Part shown: piece by piece, positions 9,255-18,183 of the stretch
Numbering within the stretch: the stretch's first letter is position 1
Layout of the letters: each line of letters opens with the position of its first letter
Source: Ginkgo biloba
Taxonomy: Eukaryota > Plantae > Ginkgophyta
Direction of reading: 5' to 3'
DNA: 18,183 nt
NCBI GenBank assembly: GCA_024626585.2
Contig: JANKJI020000002.1
Location: 261,475,534 to 261,493,716 of the forward strand
The notes under the pieces: model-generated
Told to the model about the DNA's origin: nothing
Database searches by the model: none
What the model saw: only the letters and a program-made list of their open reading frames with translations
Made by a program: the position numbers and the translations under genes

Positions 9255-11047
9255 ATGGAACCAAGACCTTAGGATCCATTTTTGGGTAACTTAGGTATTA
9301 AATGAAGATGTCACCAGTAGTACAAGCCTAGTAGAATCAAGCAAATCCAAACAAACTTTGCTAACAACAACTCAACAATCATTTACTCCATATATAGTTC
9401 CAAAAATAATACTTAGAAAACTCTATCACCCTTGACCTAACCAACCCCCAATAGGAGGTAGTGCCAAGATGACACTTAGAAAATTTCTGTCCCAAGTAGT
9501 TGATAGGTAGTCACACATCAACCCAGTATCATGGGATCATACTGCACCAATTTCATTAACAACTCAAAACTATCACTGAATCACTTTAATGCAAGAACAA
9601 GATCACTCAATGTGAATAATTGATCGTTGAATGGTAGTACTAGGAAAAATATTGGATTGTATACCAATGACTTCAATACCTCATCCAAAAGTATGGGGTG
9701 TGAACAAAAATGCAATTTCAACACATGTGGGGGGACAGAACAACTTTGCCACAAATCAAAATAGCAGTTGTGGCAATTAGAGCAACACTTTTGGTGCACC
9801 TATCAACCAAACCAATTTCAACACTAAGTCCACCCATACTTTAGGAGGGTTGTTTAACCCTTTGGCTAGTCCCAGTCAACCTCAAAATAAATCGACAAAC
9901 TGCAAGACCTTACCAACCATAAACAATAATGGAGAAAACAACACACTCCAACAAAATAACATTCCAAATTTGAATGAAGGAATCTTTGGTTGTAACACAA
10001 ATTTCAATTCCACAAACAACAATAATAGTTGCAATCCATTCATCCCTAATGTCCAAAATAATTTTGCCTAAAGTAGCAACATACAAGGAAATTCAAGCGG
10101 AGGCAATTTTAGTGGAGGAAATATAAATTTCAATAGAAATAACAAAAATTTTAATGGCAAAAATGATGGCAATTACGATGGTGGAATCTTTAGCAGTGCT
10201 CATGTTATTAATCCCAATTGTGGATGTCACAATTGCCATTGCGAACATAGTAGAGTAACTTCCCTAGTTTATGTAACCATAGATAATTACCTTTCTCACT
10301 TGGTATATGAAGGACATATTGATCCCACAGAGAATTTAGNNNNNNNNNNNNNNNNNNNNNNNNNNNNNNNNNNNNNNNNNNNNNNNNNNNNNNNNNNNNN
10401 NNNNNNNNNNNNNNNNNNNNNNNNNNNNNNNNNNNNNNNNNNNNNNCCTAGGTTGTCATTCAAGAACTGCTTTTGGATCGTTTTTAGACCTTGCATGATG
10501 CTACAACCATTTATAGCATTGTAAGAAATTAAACAAAGATATGGGGAGACCATCAGAAACTAGGACATAACACTAAAAATATTAGCATCAAAACTCAAAG
10601 GACCTAATACAGTACTGCCAATCGCAATGATGAATTATTATATTAATGGGTTGTTACTGCCATAATAGGAGAAAATTAGGCACCACCCCATCAAGAGCTA
10701 TGAACAACTATTAGTGTGCATAAACATGCCTGCTTAATTTCATCGTCATTGGGAACCCAAAGATTTTCCTTTAGATTATGTGCCCTATCAAAACACGAAC
10801 AAAGCCCCACTGAAGCCAATAGAGAACGATGAAATTGAAAATTTACTCGTTGAAATTGCAAAACTAAAATTGGAAAAACAAGATGCTAAATATGAGAGTA
10901 TCCTGAAGGATAATAATAAAGCCCTACACAACTAAACATCTACAAGTAATGACAAGGACAACATGAAACTCTAGTTCCTCATCTTTGAGAAAGATACACG
11001 ATACCAAGGATTTCTATTCCATCCCGTGTGACCACTAGAAGAATCCT
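9255..11047 (+). mobile_element. Degenerate non-chromovirus Gypsy (Tat/Athila-like) gag, copy A, with an Asn/Gly-rich N-terminal region
   Basis: AL*EIKQRYGETIRN*DITLKILASKLKG..MMNYYINGLL is a retrotransposon gag core. It is colinear with copy B through the first knuckle remnant. Interrupted by stops and a gap; the start position is approximate. Confidence 0.75.
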
Positions 11048-11147
11048 NNNNNNNNNNNNNNNNNNNNNNNNNNNNNNNNNNNNNNNNNNNNNNNNNNNNN
11101 NNNNNNNNNNNNNNNNNNNNNNNNNNNNNNNNNNNNNNNNNNNNNNN

Positions 11148-13034
11148 GCTCAGAGTAATTTGACAAAGTGGGACCTTACCAAGGAGTGAACCACACAATC
11201 AAACAAAGTAGCGCTTCAAATTTGAATGAAGGAATATATGGTGGTAACACAAATCCCAATTTCACACACAACAGTAGTAGCAACAATCTATTTAGCCATA
11301 ACATCCCCAATAATTTTGTCGAAGGTAGCAACATATTCTTGAAATTTGAGTATTGGCAATTTCTATGGAAGAATTGGTGGCAGTCACAATGGTAGAAACT
11401 TTAGTGGAGGTAATGATAGCAATACCCATAGAGGTTGTCACAACACTATGAACATGGCAGAGGACTTGCTTCGAATTATGTACCATAGATAATTTCCTTC
11501 GTTGCTTAGAGTATGATGGATATACCTGTCACATAAGGCATTTAACCCTCCTCTTGAGTAATATTGCTTGATGAAAATAACAAGTGAGGGCGAAAACAAG
11601 AGAAGATTCTTTTCCACACTACGAGGGCAAGTGCTATCCTAGTAGCAATGTGTCAAGAATTATTCTTGGGCTGTCATTTAGGAATCATTTTCATACTCAA
11701 TGTGACCCTACAACCATTGATAAGGCATTAAAGGAAATTAAACAAAGAGATGGTGAGACCGTCAAAACTATGATGAAAGGTTGCAGATATTGGCATCAAA
11801 ACTTGAAGGACCTAATACAATACTACCAATAACAATGATGAATTATTTTGTGGATGAACTCTTACCCCCGTACCAAGAGAAAATTCGACACCGCCCTATC
11901 AAGAGTGTTGAACAAGTGCGACACCTTACATTAGCCTTTGAAAACAAATGTGCATAGACATACTTGCTCAAATTCACTCTGATTGGGAACTTGAAGATTT
12001 TCCTCCAAATTATGCATCTTGCCAAAACATGAATGAAGCCCCACTAAAGCCAAAAGAGAACGATGAGTTGGAAAATTTATGCGCTAAAATTGCAAAACCA
12101 CAATTTGAAAAACAAGAACCTAAATGTGAGAATATTTCAAAGGATACTAATAAAGCCCCACATAACCAAACGTCTACAAGTAATGACAAGGACAACATAA
12201 AAATTTGGTGCCTCATTTGTGAGAAAGATACACATGACACCAAGGATTGCTATTTAATCCAACGTAACTGCCAAAATAATCCTAATCGAGGATGCGGGAA
12301 CCGAGGCAGATATTGTAATAACAAGAATAGTAGGAATGATAACTTGCAAAGCCAAATCACAATGACCAAATGCCTCCATTATAGTGCATACACTATTTGG
12401 AGTGGAGAAATATTTCCTTTCATTGTCCTTACATGTAGAAGAATAAGGGGTTGGTGTGTAAAAATTGTGGACTTGGAGACCATACATTGGAGAATTGCCT
12501 GCATAAGGATAGAGATGTGAAATTAGTAAGTCGCACATTGGACACCGATCAAACTTGCGGCATCAATGTATGCATCCAATTGGGAAAGGAGACTAAAAGC
12601 ACCAAGAAAACTGATATTGACATTCCCAAATCCAAAAAGGAAAAAGATCAATTTCTAGCAGCTAAGGAGACACTTGAAGTAGCCAAGTGTGAAGCAAAAG
12701 CAAAATGAGCATAGGCTCAAAAATTAGAAGAAGAGTTGGAAAGACTATGTCGAAAAGTCACAACAAGAATCCTACAGAGAAAAAAACAAAGGTATACGTC
12801 CAAAAACAACCAAAGGAGACCATTCCTGTAGGAGAAACAAAAAAAACTAAAGAAGCACCCCCTAAACCTATGGTAACCATGATAGAAATAACAACATTTA
12901 TACCAACTACCTTCACTAATGCCCAAAAGGTGGAAATCTTAAAGCAATTTGCTAATGATTTGAAGTTAAACATTATTTTATCAACAATCTTCCAATTTTG
13001 GGATCCCAACCAATTGCAACAAACTACCACATAA
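11148..13034 (+). mobile_element. Degenerate Gypsy gag, copy B, with three CCHC zinc knuckles; truncated before the protease
   Basis: ALKEIKQRDGETVK / YDERLQILASKL..NYFVDELLPPYQEKIR. Knuckles: CLICEKDTHDTKDC (12209-12250), degenerate CIHYLEWRNISFHC (12385-12426), CKNCGLGDHTLENC (12457-12498). A Lys-rich linker follows. Confidence 0.82.
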
Positions 13035-13041
13035 AGTTAGC

Positions 13042-14274
13042 AATAAGGACGGTCCCAATTTGAAGGACTCAACCTAAATTGTATCATGATGGGTGTGGCT
13101 TGATGGGTAGCTTCAACTCCTCAACGAGCTTTGCAAAAATCAAGTTTTTCATGCTATCATTGTCCAAAATGAGCAGACAGAGCTGGTCTTTAATCTGACA
13201 ATTATGAGTGAATAAAGCCTCCCTATTTGCTGCAACTGAGGGTTGACTCATGAGATTGAGACGTAGATTAGTTGTGACCTAGTTATGGAGTACCTTGGGT
13301 TCCTCTTCTCCAGGTGTATCAACATCCTGTGCCACAAAGGTTTTGGTCTTCGCCAAGCTTTTCTATTTAAGACACTCTTCATTAGAATGTCCATAGCATT
13401 TGTGTTAGTGACAGTATTTCCATTGTCTTTTTCCTTTGTTAGCAGTGGAAGGACCAAATGAGGATGGCTAAGGTGCTGGTTGTTTCTGCTGGTAGATCCC
13501 CTTATAATTTTCTTTCTTCTTATAAGAGGGACCGAAATTGGTGGTGGACTAAGGAGATGTTTGTGGTGTATTTTTGTTTAGTTGTCGCTTCTGCACACGA
13601 CACACCACTACTTAGGCATATTGGAATGCTTTGTCAAGGATGGTCACATCAAGAAATTCAAACTCCCGTTGTAGATATGGGAGGAGTCCACCTACGAACT
13701 TGAGAAGTTTTGTCTCAACATCATTAGTGACAACTAGCATGATGGACATCTTGCGAAAAACATCAATTTATTGTTGTACAAATTGTCCAGGTTGTTGTCA
13801 TAGATGTAGCCATTTCTTCTTCAGGTTGGCCAAATATCCTAGAGGATAGAATCTTGCCTTGACTTCTTCCTTAAAGTCATTCCACTAGGTGATGGCATGT
13901 TGCTGAGTAACTGCTCATGTTTGAACATTGGTCTACCACAAGAACTGTACTTGTTCTGACATGTGGACAACTACTAAGATGACTTGCTACTCTTTTGTTA
14001 GATGAGGTTGACAGGTGAAATAAGCCTCTAAGGCCCTGAGCCAGCTATCCAAGCCCTCGAGGTTGATGTACCTATCAAACTGTGGAATGGAAATCTTGGT
14101 ATCTAATTTCAATGTTGGTTGAGGAAGAGGGATTGCCNNNNNNNNNNNNNNNNNNNNNNNNNNNNNNNNNNNNNNNNNNNNNNNNNNNNNNNNNNNNNNN
14201 NNNNNNNNNNNNNNNNNNNNNNNNNNNNNNNNNNNNNCCCTCTTTCTCTCTGTTGGTTCTTCTCACTCGTCATA
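13042..14274 (-). mobile_element. Second degenerate chromovirus-type Gypsy gag - knuckle - aspartic protease fragment
   Basis: Minus strand: KISIPQFDRYINLEGLDSWLRALEAYF..WNDFKEEVKARFYPLGYLANLKKKWLHL*QQPGQFVQQ*IDVFRK, knuckle YCH*HKCYGHSNEEC, protease REALFTHNCQIKDQLCLLILDNDSMKNLI..PIKPHPS*YNLG (ILDNDS at 13153-13170). Not visible in the ORF track because of stops. Confidence 0.88.
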
Positions 14275-14579
14275 GATTCAATCTCTATTTCAACTGAATA
14301 GCATATAGGGAATCCTCCTTGAGGTTGGGAAAGTACCAACCCGAAGAGAGAGGTAACTTGGCTGTGACAGGGCCATTTTACCTAAAATTATTATCCGAGA
14401 AACAAGCTACAGAATCACAAGCACATTTTAGGTGATAACAAAGTGGTAATTTTAAAGAACCTTTTCCTATCCTATCATCCTTTAACTTAACCATGTTAAA
14501 ATCCCCAATCACAAGAACTTAATTAACTTAATCATCTTAAAATGTTAAAGTACTTAATTTTGGATTACCTTCATTCTAT

Positions 14580-15508
14580 ATAGAATATTATATTATTGGT
14601 AGAAAATTTGCACTTGATTGTACTAGTCATGAGCAATATACATATTTATCTAATGTTCATGGTTTAATTCAAGATTAATGATGGTTACGTTTCAAATAGT
14701 TTTCATGTTGTCGCTTTAGAAATTGGTGTCATTGATATTGTATGAATTCCACTTTTGTCTATATGTGATAAAAGTATCATAGAATCCTCTCTTTATATTT
14801 AATGTTGAGTATATTGTAATCTAATTGCAATAGAAGCAAAGTCTACATCATCTACATGCACATCTTTCCAATCCATAAAGTTGAAACACTTGATATTTGA
14901 AATATGTATCAAAGAATGAATAGGTGGATGACTAAGGAAATTAACTATTTTGTTTAGACTCCCCTTTTATAGTTGATGATGATATGAAATTATTGAAGAT
15001 ATCCCATTCACTTAACACAATGGTGGTCCTCCAACTTGGTCTGAGAGTACAAAAATTGAAATGGATTATGGTTTAAATAGATTATGACTTTCTTACCAAG
15101 AATATATTAGTTCTAATGCTTAACAACTTGCATTGTACCATAGATCTCCACGTGATATGTATTACACCTCTTACCTGCACAATTTAGGATTTATAATGAT
15201 AAGCAACTAGCTTGTCTAACTGTATGAGGACTAATCCAATAACATTTCCCTATGTGTTATCTTCTCTTTCAAATCATATATGTAAATTTGGTATAGCCAT
15301 AACTAGTGTTGTGTATAAAATATACTTCAATAAAGTTAAAAGCATATTACTTCTCATTATTTCATACAAAATCATTATTTTCTTTTGTAAGATGATTAAG
15401 GGAATAAGCATTCTAGTAAAATCATTGGATGAATCTCTTATAGAAGTTGGATAAGTCAATAAAACTATGAAGCTCATGGATGTTTATAGGTTTCTTATAG
15501 TTTTGTTA
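14580..15508 (-). mobile_element. Highly degenerate Gypsy pol fragment: RT thumb/connection, RNase H and start of the integrase region
   Basis: Minus strand: KKPINIHELHSFIDLSNFYKRFIQ (compare ELRSFLGLANFYRRFI), LVMAIPNLHI*FE..IGLVLIQLDKLVAYH, and VKH*N*YILGKKVIIYLNHNPFQFLYSQTKL..K*MGYLQ*FHIIINYKKGSLNKIVNFLSHPP. Confidence 0.85.
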
Positions 15509-15675
15509 NNNNNNNNNNNNNNNNNNNNNNNNNNNNNNNNNNNNNNNNNNNNNNNNNNNNNNNNNNNNNNNNNNNNNNNNNNNNNNNNNNNNNNNNNNNN
15601 NNNNNNNNAGCATAGAAAGAAATAACAAAATTGCAGTGGGGGATATCGACAATAAATTAAAATAAAATAAGTATT

Positions 15676-15825
15676 GTTCGTCGAATGAGCAGTACCATTT
15701 GACGAACGGACAAGGTTCGTTCGTCAAATGACTACAAACCGTTTGACGAACAACGAAGCGACATCATCAAATGAAGAGATAAAAGGCGGTTTGTTCGTTG
15801 AGCGAAGACAAATCGTTTGATGAAC
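15676..15825. repeat. Array of inverted 12-mer pairs GTTCGTCAAAYG-N8/9-CRTTTGACGAAC, CpG-rich
   Basis: Pairs at 15676-15707, 15719-15751 and 15793-15825, plus a decayed half-site (CATCATCAAATG) near 15762. Confidence 0.8.
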
Positions 15826-16112
15826 GAAAAGGGAAAAAATAAAAAAAAACAAACAAAAAGGCACGATAACAAAATATAGAATAAAGTAATTAAAAAGCGA
15901 CGGCAGGTAATAATGACAAAAGGTGGCAGAGAGAAAGGGTGTGATGTCACAGGGGAGGCACATTCGCCCCATGTCACATCATCATTAACTACTGTTCAAT
16001 TTAAAAAAGCGAATGCCGAACCTTCACGCCATTTCCCAACAAGCAACGAACTCCAAACAAGCAATGAGCAGGGTGGTGAGCAGGTTGTAGGGGAAACTCC
16101 AAACTAAAGAGG

Positions 16113-16886
16113 ATGAGTAAACAGAGATCATAAGCTATCCCCATAGGTCCAAAATACATCGAGTTATGTAAACATGATGAAGAGGAATTACGGGAACATC
16201 TTAGGAAAATGCCAGTTGAACCCCATGCAATATAGCACTGTAGAATGCCGGGCTGAGGGAATTTTTCCTCATGCCAAATTTGCTATATGAAGTCTCAATA
16301 GTGGCGGAGGTTGTGAAGTTGGTCACCCTTCACCCAGAAGCGCTCACGATTTTTGACCAGTTGATACATGAAGTCATAGGGTTACCTTATGATGTACCAG
16401 AAGTCCCAGATGGTCCGAAGAAGAAACACAATCTCATTGCAGCTGACCGACTTCACCTCTTTAAGGATCTACATTGAAGGGCTACGTGATAAAACCACTC
16501 GAAGAATTTCTAAGCTCAATGCCATCAAGTTATTTTGTCTGCAGCGATACACACATTTTCTAACACACTTGATGGCAATGATCTTAAGAGTAGTAGAGGG
16601 AAGAAAATACAATTGGTGTGCATTTGTGCGATCCAAAATGAAGACACTCCTTAGGAAAGTCACCAAAGCACCCAAGCAAGCATCGTTTTTCATGCCAACG
16701 ATATTTTTAGTCTTGCTATTACACCAGTTAAAGGGAATTCAGTTATCGGTCCCACAAGGACTTCCAAAATTTTCAAAGTTACATTCATGGATAGAAATCT
16801 ATGGGCATGTGTTATCACCCAAGACTGTACCTACAACTGCAGCTAGTTCTCAAATGATAATAATAAGTAAAATGGCCCTATCATAG
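16113..16886 (+). pseudogene. Accessory (extra) ORF of a plant LTR retrotransposon, distant PMD-like N-terminal domain, frameshifted
   Basis: Overlapping ORFs 16271 and 16389 read LTIFDQLIHEVIGLP ... LMAMILRVVEGRKYNWCAFVRSKM..ASFFMPTIFL. This resembles the 'I.EVTGLP ... G..FNWA..L ... FFM..YL' pattern I recall from Tat/Athila-type extra ORFs. Exact family not assignable by eye. Confidence 0.55.
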
Positions 16887-17134
16887 CCAAAATACCTCTT
16901 TGTTCGGGGGAGAAGTCCCTGAAGATATAATTCTACTGATTGCCTTCGGATTTATGGATAAATTCGCCCAAACAACAAGTAAATGCCACTACCCAATGCC
17001 CTAAAGCATCTAAATAGAAGAGTAAGATAAATTTNNNNNNNNNNNNNNNNNNNNNNNNNNNNNNNNNNNNNNNNNNNNNNNNNNNNNNNNNNNNNNNNNN
17101 NNNNNNNNNNNNNNNNNNNNNNNNNNNNNNNNNN

Positions 17135-17365
17135 AACCCCCTATTACCCTTGATGTAATGGACAAGTGGAAAGCTCCAACAAAATTATAAAAAACATTCT
17201 TTGGAAAATTACCAAGCAAATATGACAGATTGGGTAGAGAAATGATTTGTTATGGGATTTCTAGACAACCCACAAGAAGGCCACTGGTTATACACCCTTT
17301 CAACTAATTTATGGTACCAAAGTTGTTCTATCAATGGAATTTTTAGTTCCCAATGTTCGCTAGTA
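17135..17365 (+). mobile_element. Integrase core fragment of a Tat/Athila-type Gypsy element
   Basis: TPYYP*CNGQVESSNKIIKNILWKITK..TDWVEK..TTHKKATGYTPFQLIYGTKVVLSMEFLVPNVR, compared with TPYYPQANGQVE.TNK...RTAYK..TG.TPFQLVYG.EAV.P.EF.VPSLR. Confidence 0.9.
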
Positions 17366-17369
17366 TGGA

Positions 17370-18183
17370 GTCTCGGACTCCAAGCCATTGATGATTCAGT
17401 GGTCGAAGAGGTGGCCGTGCGTATGAGCAAATTTTGCTAAGGATGAAGCTTTGTTTCGCAATGTATTTACCATCTACCGGTGTAGTTAGAGATCTCCAAG
17501 TGTAGGTTCTAGTGGGGTCAGACCAAGTGGTGAGAGCCTTAGTCCAATTCCCACTGAACTAGCACTAGGAGCCTTCGACACAATGAGGAGAAATATTAAA
17601 AAGAGATTGGCCAGGGACACTTGATCAGGAGAGAAGAAGAAGCAGAAGTTGGCCTCTATAGTTGTCATCGAAGAAAAGTTTGAGCCTTCTTCGAAGACTC
17701 AAGGAATGCCGACAAGTTCCTCATTATTGAAAGGCAAGGAGAAAATTCCTAAGAATATTTCAAAATTATCTCGTGATGATTGGATAGCCCTCGAGCACTA
17801 TTGTACCCATTTGGTCAATAGATATGTTTCACCAGAAAGCAAGGGAAATAAGATTGCTTGGGATGTCTTGATTCGGGAGGTGGACGAGATCTAGGAGAAA
17901 GTTGCCTCTAGATAGCAATCCCGTTGAGGATGTTCAGGACATCCAAGATATAACAAACTTCATTGAAGTAGGAGAAGTGAGAAGAGAAGCATTGGCAACA
18001 ATCTCCATGCGGATTTTAGTGGTAATATGATCTAATCTCACAGAATTTATAAAGAGAAGGCTAGAAGAAGAAGAGGAATTGGTGACTAAAGACATAGAGG
18101 ATCCCTACAAGTGCGACTTGGCACCAATGGAATGGAAGTTAACAATGATGTTAACTTTGGTCACGAGTAATTAGACCCAGATG
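17370..18183 (+). pseudogene. Probable C-terminal low-complexity / coiled-coil part of the accessory ORF, with stops; runs off the window
   Basis: Ser/Pro-rich then charged translation (EKKKQKLA..SSLLKGKEKIP..EFIKRRLEEEEELV). The KGKEK motif and E/K-rich tail are typical of such ORFs. Linkage to 16113-16886 is inferred across a gap. Confidence 0.4.

Noticed and set aside
8175-9289. Ser/Leu/Phe-rich ORFs
   Set aside because: Compositional artefact of a pyrimidine-rich tract; no domain similarity.
12717-13849. Track ORFs antisense to the gag/protease fragments
   Set aside because: Shadow ORFs on the strand opposite recognisable retroelement coding sequence.
15676-15825. CRISPR-like or integron attC-like array
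   Set aside because: Spacers are only 8-9 nt, periodicity is irregular, there are no cas or tyrosine-integrase genes, and the context is plant retroelement.

Overview
Draft-assembly window (many N gaps) of AT-rich, CpG-depleted eukaryotic DNA from a land plant; the element types and C-to-T decay suggest a large, heavily methylated genome such as a gymnosperm (inference). I see no intact host gene and no rRNA, tRNA or CRISPR. It is a nest of decayed Ty3/Gypsy LTR-retrotransposon pieces: a plant-mobile-domain (PMD) pseudo-ORF (1302-2094, +); a CRM-like gag-protease with PBS and LTR end (3025-~5170, -); a tandemly duplicated multi-zinc-knuckle gag (9255-13034, +); a second gag-protease (13042-14274, -); an RT/RNase H fragment (14580-15508, -); and an accessory PMD-like/coiled-coil ORF (16113-18183, +) interrupted by an integrase fragment. 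Embedded in it are an intronless, still-open fragment of the RNA-exosome helicase gene HEN2 (6876-7577), two CpG-decayed Helitron-like 3' hairpins, a 178-bp tandem duplication, and a CpG-rich array of palindromic 12-mers upstream of the accessory ORF. All protein calls come from manual translation and recalled family motifs, not database searches. I cannot demonstrate a novel system; the best candidates are the palindrome array plus accessory ORF and the HEN2 retro-fragment.
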